64,000 nucleotides of DNA from Campylobacterota bacterium (GTDB lineage Bacteria; Campylobacterota; Campylobacteria; Campylobacterales; Arcobacteraceae): positions 10,137 to 74,136 of the forward strand of contig JBNJFB010000004.1 of NCBI GenBank assembly GCA_051746405.1, given 5' to 3'. Of this stretch, positions 8,928-18,401 are shown piece by piece. Below the pieces are notes generated by a model, which saw only the letters and a list, made by a program, of their open reading frames with translations, did no database searches and was not told the origin of the DNA. A program made the translations under genes and the position numbers. The number at the start of each line of letters is the position of its first letter. The first letter of the stretch is position 1.

Positions 8928-10031
8928 ATGGGATTAGGCGTAGGTATCGTAGGACTTCCAAACGTAGGTAAATCAACAACTTTTAATGCTTTAACAAAAG
9001 CTCAAAATGCAGAGGCACAGAACTATCCATTTTGTACTATTGAACCAAATAAAGCAGTTGTTCCAGTACCTGATAAGAGACTTGAAGAGTTAGCAAAAAT
9101 TGTTGACCCAAATAAAATTCAACATTCAACTATTGATTTTGTGGATATAGCTGGACTTGTTAGAGGTGCTTCAAAAGGTGAGGGGCTTGGAAATCAGTTT
9201 TTATCAAATATTAGAGAAGTAGAAGTTATTTTACATATGGTTAGGTGTTTTGATGATGGAAATGTAACTCATGTTGAGGGTGATGTTGATCCAATAAGAG
9301 ATATTGAGATTATTGAAACAGAGTTGATTTATGCAGATATTTCTCAATGTGAAAAGAAAATAGAGAAGCTTAAAAAGCAAGCAAAAGGTTCAAAAGAGTC
9401 AGCTGCAATGCTTGTAGTAGCTCAAAGCTTAATGGATCATTTAGCAGAGTTACAGCCTGTGAAAACTTTTGAAGATAGTGAAAATGAACTATTTATCAAA
9501 ATGGATAAAGAGTTAAGGTTTTTATCAAATAAAGATGTAATTTATGGGGCTAATTTAGATGAAGACTCTTTGATGGAAGGTACAAATGATTATGTGGAAG
9601 CATTAAAAGAGCATGCAGCAACTGTTGATGCAGATGTGATTACACTTTGTGCTAAAATAGAAGAAGAGCTTGTTGGTATGGATGATGAAGAAGCAAAAGA
9701 GTTGCTAACTGATTTAGGTGTTGAAGAGTCAGGACTTGAGCAAATCATTCAAAAGTCATTTGAAAAGCTTGGACTTATGAGTTATTTTACAGCTGGGAAA
9801 ATTGAAGTTAGAGCATGGACTATTAAGCAAAATACAAAAGCACCACAAGCAGCTGCTGTTATTCATAATGACTTTGAAAAAGGTTTTATTAAAGCAGAAG
9901 TTATATCATATGATGATTTTATTGAAAATGGTGGGGAAGCTAAATGTAAAGAAACAGGTAAGTTAAGACTTGAGGGTAAAGATTATATTGTACAAGATGG
10001 TGATGTTATGCACTTTAGATTTAATACATAA
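8928..10031 (+). CDS. ychF: redox-regulated ATPase YchF
   Basis: GIVGLPNVGKST, NYPFCTIEPN, DIAGLVRGASKGEGLGN, EGKDYIVQDGDV. Confidence 0.97.
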   Translation: MGLGVGIVGLPNVGKSTTFNALTKAQNAEAQNYPFCTIEPNKAVVPVPDKRLEELAKIVDPNKIQHSTIDFVDIAGLVRGASKGEGLGNQFLSNIREVEVILHMVRCFDDGNVTHVEGDVDPIRDIEIIETELIYADISQCEKKIEKLKKQAKGSKESAAMLVVAQSLMDHLAELQPVKTFEDSENELFIKMDKELRFLSNKDVIYGANLDEDSLMEGTNDYVEALKEHAATVDADVITLCAKIEEELVGMDDEEAKELLTDLGVEESGLEQIIQKSFEKLGLMSYFTAGKIEVRAWTIKQNTKAPQAAAVIHNDFEKGFIKAEVISYDDFIENGGEAKCKETGKLRLEGKDYIVQDGDVMHFRFNT

Positions 10032-10082
10032 TTGATTTAGATTTTGATATGATTAAAAATATTTATTAGCAGGAGTTAAACT

Positions 10083-10904
10083 TTGTCATCTATTAGCATT
10101 TTAGAAAAAATTGAGTCATTGCCGCCACTTCCTAAAACTATTCAAGAGATTGAAGAGTTTAGGAAAAAAAGTGATAAAGAGGCTTTTGAATTATTACAAA
10201 TAATTGAAAAAGATGCCTTGATTATATCAACTCTTTTAAAAATTTCAAACTCAGCTATGTTTGGGTTTAGATCAAAAGTTGAAACTCCAAGTAGGGCTAT
10301 AAATCTACTTGGTATTAACTTTACAATTTCCATTGCAATTGGTGGAACTGTACAAAACTTACTTATGTCAAATCTTGAGCCATATGGTATTAATAGTGAT
10401 GATTTTATGAGGGCTTCTAATATGTCTTCTACATTAACTAATCTGTGGGTTTCAAGGTTTGATTATGATTTAAAAGAGGAGTTACTTTTACCTGCTTTAT
10501 TACAAGAAGCAGGGAAGTTTATTTTAGCAGATATTATTGCAACTGATAAAAAAACAGATGTTTTTAAGCAGTTATTAGCAGAAGGAAAATCAATACCAGA
10601 AGCTGAAAAAGAGTTAGTTGGGTTAACTACTTCAGAAATTACTGCAAAAATATTTAGACACTGGAAATTAAGTGATAAATTAGTAAATATTATTGAGTAT
10701 GTTGATCATATATCAAAATGTGATGACAATATTAAGCAAAAAGCTCAAATATTAGATGTTATTAAAACAGCTTGTTGTGTTACTGACCCATTAAGTGATG
10801 AAAATGCACAAAAAGCTATGCAAAAAGCTAAAGATTATGGATTGCATACAAAATCATTAAGTAAAGCAATTGAGACTTTGCAAGATAGACTATTAGATGA
10901 GTAA
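10083..10904 (+). CDS. stand-alone HDOD domain protein
   Basis: LPPLP, LLKISNSAMFG, AINLLG, WKL. Confidence 0.85.
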   Translation: MSSISILEKIESLPPLPKTIQEIEEFRKKSDKEAFELLQIIEKDALIISTLLKISNSAMFGFRSKVETPSRAINLLGINFTISIAIGGTVQNLLMSNLEPYGINSDDFMRASNMSSTLTNLWVSRFDYDLKEELLLPALLQEAGKFILADIIATDKKTDVFKQLLAEGKSIPEAEKELVGLTTSEITAKIFRHWKLSDKLVNIIEYVDHISKCDDNIKQKAQILDVIKTACCVTDPLSDENAQKAMQKAKDYGLHTKSLSKAIETLQDRLLDE

Positions 10905-10921
10905 CAAATAAGGTTTTTACC

Positions 10922-13345
10922 TTATTTGAACTCATTATATTTATCACTACTTTTTGATGCTAATGTCAGGCAGTACTCGGATTTTTTAAGAATATTTTCG
11001 CTGTTACCCCATGAAACTGCAATAGTAAGCTTAGGTACTATACTTTTATTATTAACTTTCAATACTATTTCTTTGATTTCATTTATTATATTTTTATACT
11101 CTTTTTGGTTTTCTACAACAACTCCTATTCTTGGACCTTGAAGTCTATAGATTGTAGGAATTATATTTGCTACTTTATTTGCAAAGCTTTTAAATACTTC
11201 ATCTCCCGTTTCATATGTATATTTATCATTTATCTCATTTAAGTTATTTAAATATAGCTCTAAAAACAGCAAATTATCTTGGTTTTTGTTTAGTTTTAAA
11301 TCTTTTATCAACTTATTTATATTTTTTAATTTTGTAGTAGAATCAAAATATATAGGGATACTTTTTATATAGCTTATGATTAGGTTTACTAGATTTTGTT
11401 TTATATAGTCAATATTTTCATCATATATATTTGAGAAAACATGCTTATAAACTTTTGAGTAGGCTATTTTTAGTTTAAAGTTATTAACTAATGAAATCTC
11501 AATTTTATCAAAACCAAAATCAGATATTTCACAATTTTTTTCACAAAGTCCCTCTATTGTACAGTGTACTAATCCATGGAATATATCTCTTGAAATAAAC
11601 TCTTGTATGTAGTTATTTAAAGTTTCATTATCTAATCCATCATTTGTAAATATTTCACTTACGATATTTGATAGTTTTTGATTTATATTATATTTTGTTT
11701 CAAAATCAAATAAGCTACCGTAATTATCAATAGCCTTTTCACCTATTTTTATGTAATCGCAATCTTTTAAATTAATCTCATTTTCTAAGTTTAAGTCTGA
11801 AATAGATTTCTTTCCTAAGTTTATTAAAATTTTTCTATTAATCTCTTCAAACTCTTCATTTAATAGTTTATTTGTATTTATACATGTATATTTATAGTAA
11901 TACCTTTTTGAGTATTCATTACTAGATTTATCATAATGTGATGAAAAATATAGGGATAGTGATAAATATATTTTTGAGTATATTGCCATTAAGTGTGATG
12001 CAATTTTATTCTGTTCTATATATTGAATTATAGATTTATTTAGTTCATTTTTTATTGTATCATCTTTAAAGTTTGATAGCTTAATAATTATTATATCTAT
12101 CAAATTGAGTTTGAAAAATTCATGATAGTCATTTTTAAATTTTTGTAATTCTAAAAGGGTTTGTAAAATTTTTACTAATTTTTCTTGTTGTATATTATTG
12201 CTATATAAAACTAAATAGAGCAAAATCTGCATATTTGAACTATTAAATCTTTGTTCATTTAAAAAATCATCAATAATCTCAAAGTGTAATAGCTTTTTAT
12301 TATTTTGGCTGTTGTAAATATAAGAATAGTTATCCAATAAATCATTTTTTAAGTTCTGTAAATCATCTATTTGAGATACTGTTTTATGTTCTATTAAATC
12401 TTCATATAAATCAAGTATTTCATGGAAAATCTCAATATCACTATATTCACTTGTTTCATAAAAGTTTTCTAGTTTATAAATTAAATTTGAAAGTAGTGTT
12501 GTTGCAGAGTTTAATAAAACCACATAGTATAACTCTTCTTTCTGCTCTCCTGCAAAGTTTGTATTTTTAGATAGTTCATAGCCTGAAGATATTTTTTCAA
12601 GATTAAAAGTAAACTCATCTATAAGGTATTTTGCACTTTTATTTTTTATACTAATAAATGGAATATGAGAATAAAAAAACATAAGTTTCCCTAAAATATT
12701 ATTTAAAATATTTATTTTCTCTTCGCTGAGTTTAATCTTGAATTTTGTGATATTTATTGTTTCACTTATTGTCTCAATAATATCTCTTATGGTTTTTTTT
12801 CTTTGTAGGTCTGTTGAGTTTATGGTGCAAAGTTCATTTAACATCTCTATTAAAATGACATAGTGTCTAAAAGTAATTTCAAACATACTATTTTCATCAC
12901 TAGATATATGTTCTAAAAGTTTATCCTCATACTCTCTAAAGAGTTCTGATAGATTATCAAGGTTATAGAAGTTATAGTTTTCAAATACTTGATAATTCTT
13001 ACCAAATGAGAGCAAATCAAGAATCAAAACAATCTGTTTAAACATAATAGTTGAATCATCAATAATAATTTTATTCATTCTACTTTTAACATCATCATAT
13101 ATAAATGCTCTAAAGTCATTATTGTGAGTAATCTGTTCTTTGATATCATTTGGAATACTCTTGTTTTCTATATAAAGTTCACAAATATACTCTATCAAAG
13201 CTTTGTAGTTATCTTTCATATCATATAGAAATGATGAGTTTACTGTAAGTTGGATGTTATATTTATTTAAGATATTTGAGATTTCTAAATCTTCATTTTC
13301 CATATCTAAGTATTCACTAACATCATTTTGTAATACACTATGCAT
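10922..13345 (-). CDS. large hypothetical protein with a degenerate C-terminal GGDEF-like domain
   Basis: DSTTKLKN, INDKYTYETGDEV, YRLQGPRIG in place of GGDEF. Confidence 0.7.
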   Translation of the reverse strand: MHSVLQNDVSEYLDMENEDLEISNILNKYNIQLTVNSSFLYDMKDNYKALIEYICELYIENKSIPNDIKEQITHNNDFRAFIYDDVKSRMNKIIIDDSTIMFKQIVLILDLLSFGKNYQVFENYNFYNLDNLSELFREYEDKLLEHISSDENSMFEITFRHYVILIEMLNELCTINSTDLQRKKTIRDIIETISETINITKFKIKLSEEKINILNNILGKLMFFYSHIPFISIKNKSAKYLIDEFTFNLEKISSGYELSKNTNFAGEQKEELYYVVLLNSATTLLSNLIYKLENFYETSEYSDIEIFHEILDLYEDLIEHKTVSQIDDLQNLKNDLLDNYSYIYNSQNNKKLLHFEIIDDFLNEQRFNSSNMQILLYLVLYSNNIQQEKLVKILQTLLELQKFKNDYHEFFKLNLIDIIIIKLSNFKDDTIKNELNKSIIQYIEQNKIASHLMAIYSKIYLSLSLYFSSHYDKSSNEYSKRYYYKYTCINTNKLLNEEFEEINRKILINLGKKSISDLNLENEINLKDCDYIKIGEKAIDNYGSLFDFETKYNINQKLSNIVSEIFTNDGLDNETLNNYIQEFISRDIFHGLVHCTIEGLCEKNCEISDFGFDKIEISLVNNFKLKIAYSKVYKHVFSNIYDENIDYIKQNLVNLIISYIKSIPIYFDSTTKLKNINKLIKDLKLNKNQDNLLFLELYLNNLNEINDKYTYETGDEVFKSFANKVANIIPTIYRLQGPRIGVVVENQKEYKNIINEIKEIVLKVNNKSIVPKLTIAVSWGNSENILKKSEYCLTLASKSSDKYNEFK

Positions 13346-13391
13346 ACTTTTTCTCCAAAACTATATCTATTTAATTATATAATATTTTTAC

Positions 13392-14006
13392 TTATAATCC
13401 TTGTAAGATTATATTCCAAAGATATTCAACCTCTTCATCGCTAAGAGTTATTGGTTTTTTTTGTTCAAATAGATCTTTGATTTTTTCAATATTAAAAACT
13501 TTGCTGTAAGTGCATTTTGCATGAACTGGCAAAAAGCTTCTTACTAAACTAATATCTTCTTTTATGCTTTTTTCACACAGTAAACACTCATAGTCTGTAT
13601 GTAATCTTCCTTCATGCTCTAGTAAGTGTAAGTATGATTCACATATTGCTCTTAGGGCATTTTGTTTTATTAGAATATGATTTAGATGCTCTAATAAATA
13701 GAAATAGTAAGCATCAAGCTCTTCTAGTTCTCTTAAGTGAGGATAGAAAAGTTTTATATATCTTTGCCAACAGTACATTTTTTCATTGTCTAAAATCCAT
13801 GGAAAGCCTAAATGAATAACATCTTTTAGTCTTGGGATATTTGCTTTTGTTGTTTCAAGTTCAAAATCTATTTTGTATCCCATATTTATATTAGAGTGCC
13901 TTGCTCCATAAAATCTATAGGTTGTATAAAGTCTATCTTCTGTTAATAGTGTAACAATTAAATCATCATCTTTTACAGGTTTGATATCTATTATATATCC
14001 TTGCAA
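13392..14006 (-). CDS. recO: recombination protein RecO, Campylobacterota type
   Basis: MQGYI..DDLIV..YRFYGARHS N-terminus; EGRLH..CLLC..H.KC zinc finger. Confidence 0.88.
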   Translation of the reverse strand: MQGYIIDIKPVKDDDLIVTLLTEDRLYTTYRFYGARHSNINMGYKIDFELETTKANIPRLKDVIHLGFPWILDNEKMYCWQRYIKLFYPHLRELEELDAYYFYLLEHLNHILIKQNALRAICESYLHLLEHEGRLHTDYECLLCEKSIKEDISLVRSFLPVHAKCTYSKVFNIEKIKDLFEQKKPITLSDEEVEYLWNIILQGL

Positions 14007-14133
14007 GTCTAATTGCTCCTATTTAATCTGTTTTATTAATGGAGTTATTGTAACAAATAGAAACTAGTTAACAGCTTCAATAAAAATATATTTTTTTTAT
14101 GTTAAAATATTTTAAAATTTTTAAGGAATTAAT

Positions 14134-14445
14134 ATGGCAGAATTTAAAAATGTCTCAATAGCAAAAGCTGCAAATATCCTTTTTGAGGGTAATATTACAA
14201 GTAGAAGTATTGAGTTTGAAGATGGTTCAAAAAAAACTTTAGGAATAATGCTTCCTGGAGAGTATGAACTAAACACTGTTCATTCAGAAATAATGGATAT
14301 TCAAAGAGGAAAAGTTGAGGTGATGTTACCAGCTGAGGACTGGGTTGAGTATAATGGTCCTGCAACTTTTGAAGTTCCTTCAAACTCAAAATTTAAACTA
14401 AAAGTTCATACTTTAGTGGACTATTGTTGCTCTTTTATTAAATAA
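14134..14445 (+). CDS. ppnP: pyrimidine/purine nucleoside phosphorylase (DUF1255)
   Basis: ANILFEG.ITSR, KTLGIMLPGEY, FEVPSNS.F, DYCCSF. Confidence 0.88.
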   Translation: MAEFKNVSIAKAANILFEGNITSRSIEFEDGSKKTLGIMLPGEYELNTVHSEIMDIQRGKVEVMLPAEDWVEYNGPATFEVPSNSKFKLKVHTLVDYCCSFIK

Positions 14446-14451
14446 TGTTAA

Positions 14452-14473
14452 ACAATGCGATTATTCGCATTGT
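14452..14473 (+). terminator. hairpin after ppnP
   Basis: ACAATGCGA-TTAT-TCGCATTGT. Confidence 0.6.
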
Positions 14474-14549
14474 ATAAATTTAAAATAATTTCACCCTCTA
14501 ATCTTATTTTTTGATAGTATCTTAATTAAAAGTAGTATATAATCAGTGT

Positions 14550-15491
14550 ATGTCAAATACAAAATACTATATTAAACTAATATTTTTTTCAATGTTATTT
14601 TTAAATTTGTATGCAAACACAGATTTATTTGAACCTTTACCAACTAAAATAGAGTATGACAAAGGCAAAGTGCATTTAGGTAGGGAGCTTTTTTTTGATA
14701 AATTATTATCAAAAAATAAAGATGTTTCATGTGCTTCATGTCATTCTGTTTATGGTGCAGACAATAAAGATTATAGTTTAGGTACTAATAATCAAGTAGG
14801 AGATATAAATACACCATCACTTTTTAACTCAAATTTTAATTTAGCTTTTTTTTGGAATGGAAGAAGTAAAACATATAAAGACCAACTTCTAGATGGTCCC
14901 ATATCAAATGAGCATGAAATGGGTAGTTCAAAATCGCTTATTGAAAGTAGGTTAATCTCATCAGCAAAATATAAAAGATTATTTAAAAAAGTTTATAATG
15001 AAAATCCAAATTTTGAAGATATGTTAGATGCAATATCAAGTTTTGAAAAAACTTTAATAACACCAAATGCAAAGTTTGATAGATACTTAAGAGGTGAAGT
15101 TAAGCTTTCAAAAAAAGAGGAAGCAGGATTAGAGTTATTTGTGAACTCAGGTTGTGCTTCATGTCATAATGGAGTTAATTTAGGTGGTAACTCTTATCAA
15201 AAGTTTGGTACTGTAGTTGAGTATGAAACTAAAGATAAAGGCTGGAAAGATAGGTATGAATATACAAAAAATCCAGATGATAAAGATGTATTTAGGGTAC
15301 CTAGCTTAAGAAATGTAACAAAAACAGCACCATATTTTCATGCAGGTAATATGTATAGTCTAAAAGATGCAATTAATGTAATGGGCTTTTATAATCTAGC
15401 TGTGGTATTTGATGAAGAGCAAATAGAAAAAATCGAAGCTTTTTTAAATACACTTACAGGTGAGTTACCTAAAACTTGGAAAGAAAAGTGA
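14550..15491 (+). CDS. diheme cytochrome c peroxidase / MauG family protein
   Basis: Signal peptide, two CASCH heme motifs, FWNGR, FRVPSLRNV..TAPYFH. Confidence 0.92.
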   Translation: MSNTKYYIKLIFFSMLFLNLYANTDLFEPLPTKIEYDKGKVHLGRELFFDKLLSKNKDVSCASCHSVYGADNKDYSLGTNNQVGDINTPSLFNSNFNLAFFWNGRSKTYKDQLLDGPISNEHEMGSSKSLIESRLISSAKYKRLFKKVYNENPNFEDMLDAISSFEKTLITPNAKFDRYLRGEVKLSKKEEAGLELFVNSGCASCHNGVNLGGNSYQKFGTVVEYETKDKGWKDRYEYTKNPDDKDVFRVPSLRNVTKTAPYFHAGNMYSLKDAINVMGFYNLAVVFDEEQIEKIEAFLNTLTGELPKTWKEK

Positions 15492-17506
15492 TGAAAACTC
15501 TAAATTTAAAATTTTTTATGATTATACTATTGTTAGTAGGTGTTTTTTATCTAGCAATAAATTTAAAAAAAGAGTTAGACTACTTTAATAAAAACTATAA
15601 CTATTTAATTAGTGAAACATACAAGATAAAATATAATTGGAATGAGCACTTAAGTAAAGTTAGAGATTCTATAATATTTTTGCACTATAATAATGATAAT
15701 ATTATAAAAGAGATAAAGAAAAATGAAGCTTTTTTGAATAGTTTAGAAAATAAAAAAGAGTATAAAAATACTTTTGAAAGAATTGATGATTATAAAATTG
15801 CATATGAAAACAGTATTGAAACAATATATAAGTTTTTAAGGATAAATGCAAAAGTTAAAAATTCATTGATTTATTTAGAAAATCAAATAAGACATATAAG
15901 TACATATGAAAAAGAGTATGCAAATAAATTAGCGAAGATTGTATCTGAATTTGTTGTTATTAAAAGTTCATTGAACTCTAATATGAAAGTTTCAAAAGAG
16001 CTTTATGACTATTTTAATGCAAAAAGTACTAAAGAGATAACTGATTATCATCTAAATTTTTTGCATATTGATGTTCTTTACGAAAATATACCAAAATTAG
16101 AAGAGTTATTTACAAAATTAAGTAACTCTAAACTTAACAGTATTAATAATGACATTTTTACTTTAATAGACCAAGAGTCAAAACTATTAAAAGAAAAAAT
16201 TGAGTTTAAATTCTACTTAGTATTAATGGCTTATATAGTATCTATATTGATTATTATATATTATGTTGATAAATCAAGACGAGATACTAGTAATATTTTA
16301 AGATTAAAAAATGAAAAGCAAAAAAGTTTACTTTATGATGACTTAACTGGACTTTTAAATAGAGCTTCATACTCAATTGATTCAGCAAAAGATGATAAGG
16401 CTGTGATTCTAATTGATATTATTGATTTTAGTAAAATAAACTCAATGATAGGTTATGAGGGTGGTGATTTCTTACTAAAAGATATCGCAAAACTTTTATC
16501 AAAAAGATTTAAAAAAGTTTATAGAGTAGGAGTTGATCATTTTGTTATTCTTTTTAAGCATGGTGATACTAAAAAACTTGAAAGTATAGCACGAGATTTA
16601 ATAGTAACTTTTGATGAAAATAGATTTGTTTATAGGTCAATAGAGATACCTGTGAGTATTAATATAGGTATTTCAAATAAAAAATCATATTTAAAAAATG
16701 CAGAAGTTGCCATATCAAAATCCCAAGGTAGTTTTCAAAGAGTTACAGTATATAAAGACTCAATGAATGAAAGCCAAAAGATTTTAGAAAACTTTAATAT
16801 GCTTTCAAAAGTTAAAGTAGCCCTTGAAAATGACTCTATAAGACCATTTTTTCAACCAATAGTTGATTTAAAAACTAGAGAAATTACAAGATATGAAGCT
16901 TTAGTTAGACTTATTGATGAAGAGAAAATAGTAAGTCCATTTTTCTTTTTGGATATTACAAAAAAATCAAAACTTTATCCATCTATTACAAAAATAGTTG
17001 TTAAAAAATCTTTGGAGTTTATACGAAGAGAAAAAATAAGTGTTTCAGTGAATCTATCTTATCAAGATATTATTGATTATAATACTATGAGTTACTTATC
17101 AAAAATAATAAATGAAAATAAAGATATATCAAAATTTGTAACCTTTGAGATTTTAGAGAGTGATGAAATATCAAATTATGAGTATATTTATAGCTTTATA
17201 GAAGAGTTTAAAGAGTATGGATGTAAGATTGCTATTGATGATTTTGGTAGCGGATACTCTAATTTTACTGAACTTTTTAATATGAACCCAGATATTTTAA
17301 AAATTGATGGAAGTTTAATAAGAGATATTCATAGAAGTGAAAACTCAAGAAATATAGTAAAAGCAATGGTTGATTTATCTTTAAAAAGTGGTATAAAAAC
17401 TGTTGCAGAGTTTGTTGACGATGAAGAGGTTCATACAATCATAAGAGAGCTTGGAGTTGATTATGGACAAGGATTCTTATATGGAAAGCCTACAGATATC
17501 TTGTAA
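15491..17506 (+). CDS. membrane sensor with degenerate GGDEF and intact EAL domain (probable c-di-GMP phosphodiesterase)
   Basis: Two TMs flank a helical periplasmic domain; DDLTGLLNR, RVGVDHF (degenerate), FFQPI, YEALVR, EILES, IDDFGSGYS, KIDG, VAEFV, QG; ATG overlaps the upstream TGA. Confidence 0.9.
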   Translation: MKTLNLKFFMIILLLVGVFYLAINLKKELDYFNKNYNYLISETYKIKYNWNEHLSKVRDSIIFLHYNNDNIIKEIKKNEAFLNSLENKKEYKNTFERIDDYKIAYENSIETIYKFLRINAKVKNSLIYLENQIRHISTYEKEYANKLAKIVSEFVVIKSSLNSNMKVSKELYDYFNAKSTKEITDYHLNFLHIDVLYENIPKLEELFTKLSNSKLNSINNDIFTLIDQESKLLKEKIEFKFYLVLMAYIVSILIIIYYVDKSRRDTSNILRLKNEKQKSLLYDDLTGLLNRASYSIDSAKDDKAVILIDIIDFSKINSMIGYEGGDFLLKDIAKLLSKRFKKVYRVGVDHFVILFKHGDTKKLESIARDLIVTFDENRFVYRSIEIPVSINIGISNKKSYLKNAEVAISKSQGSFQRVTVYKDSMNESQKILENFNMLSKVKVALENDSIRPFFQPIVDLKTREITRYEALVRLIDEEKIVSPFFFLDITKKSKLYPSITKIVVKKSLEFIRREKISVSVNLSYQDIIDYNTMSYLSKIINENKDISKFVTFEILESDEISNYEYIYSFIEEFKEYGCKIAIDDFGSGYSNFTELFNMNPDILKIDGSLIRDIHRSENSRNIVKAMVDLSLKSGIKTVAEFVDDEEVHTIIRELGVDYGQGFLYGKPTDIL

Positions 17507-17608
17507 AAAATCATTTAATAGTATCAATATAGGTACTATTTACTGCAATACTGCATTATATATTGTATATTAAGCTTACAGTAAGCCTTACTGTGTAAAA
17601 ATATAAAT

Positions 17609-17688
17609 AACTTAATAGCCAAACCTATTGTGAGATAGGGACGGAAAGCCACGGGTCTTAAGCGTATGAAGATAGCCGGGTTGTAGTT
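17609..17688 (+). promoter_or_regulatory. c-di-GMP-I (GEMM-I) riboswitch aptamer, U92 variant
   Basis: GCCAAACC-TATT-GTGA-GATA-GGGACGGAAAGCCACGGGTCT...GATAGCCGGGTTG; P1 AACT/AGTT; GNRA loop; compensatory C21-G46 pair. Confidence 0.92.
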
Positions 17689-17732
17689 TCTTACAACTTA
17701 CTACTTCATTATAAATTACACAGGAGAATAAA

Positions 17733-17933
17733 ATGTTAGAATTTTTAAAAAGAAGATTAAAAAACGAAAATGGTGCAATGGATAAAATCCTTGTAACACT
17801 ACTTTTAGTAATAGTTGGTGTTGGTGCTGTTGTTGGACTTAGTACTTGGGTGGATACTGAAACTACAAATGTTAAAGATGCAGCCACATCAAAAATAGAA
17901 TCAGTTACAGCTGATTCAAATGGAACTAACTAA
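17733..17933 (+). CDS. flp: Flp-type (type IVc) pilin, atypical motif
   Basis: 66 aa, basic leader ending in ENG, then a hydrophobic helix; first gene of the tad cluster; AGGAG RBS. Confidence 0.8.
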   Translation: MLEFLKRRLKNENGAMDKILVTLLLVIVGVGAVVGLSTWVDTETTNVKDAATSKIESVTADSNGTN

Positions 17934-17937
17934 TAAA

Positions 17938-17956
17938 CCCCACTTTTAAAGTGGGG
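17938..17956 (+). terminator. hairpin between pilin and prepilin peptidase genes
   Basis: CCCCACTT-TTA-AAGTGGGG; 3' arm contains the putative RBS of the next gene. Confidence 0.6.
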
Positions 17957-17963
17957 ATTATAT

Positions 17964-18401
17964 ATGTTTTTAATAAGTTTTTATATATTTTCAATTTTTT
18001 TATCATACACTGATTATAAATATCTATTAGTACCAAATAAGATAGTTTTTGCAATGGTACTTATGATGTTATCTTTTGGTTTAATGGAGTCTAAAATATA
18101 TATAAGCTCTATTGTTTTATCACTTACTGTTTTGATTTTTTTTATTGCACTTATGCTTTTAAAAAAAGATTTATTTATAGGTGGTGGGGATATAAAGTAT
18201 TTGATGGTAATAGCTTTATATTTAGATATTGTACTGTTTTCATATTTTTTGATTATTACAGGAGTTTTACAAACACTCTTTTTACTCTATAATCAATTAA
18301 TAAAAAATAGAGATATGGCACCTATGGTTCCAGTTATGTTTTTATCTGTAGTTATTGTAGAGTTTTTGAATATTTATTGGGGTTTTTATGACATTAAATG
18401 A
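17964..18401 (+). CDS. tadV: prepilin peptidase, A24 family (TadV/CpaA)
   Basis: TD....VPN, GGGDIK, PMVP; very hydrophobic. Confidence 0.88.
   Translation: MFLISFYIFSIFLSYTDYKYLLVPNKIVFAMVLMMLSFGLMESKIYISSIVLSLTVLIFFIALMLLKKDLFIGGGDIKYLMVIALYLDIVLFSYFLIITGVLQTLFLLYNQLIKNRDMAPMVPVMFLSVVIVEFLNIYWGFYDIK

Noticed and set aside
17609..17688. Classic GEMM-Ib (A20) cGAMP riboswitch
   Set aside because: Position 20 is G (17618), not A
17612..17887. 91-aa minus-strand ORF
   Set aside because: Antisense to the riboswitch and flp, which already explain the sequence
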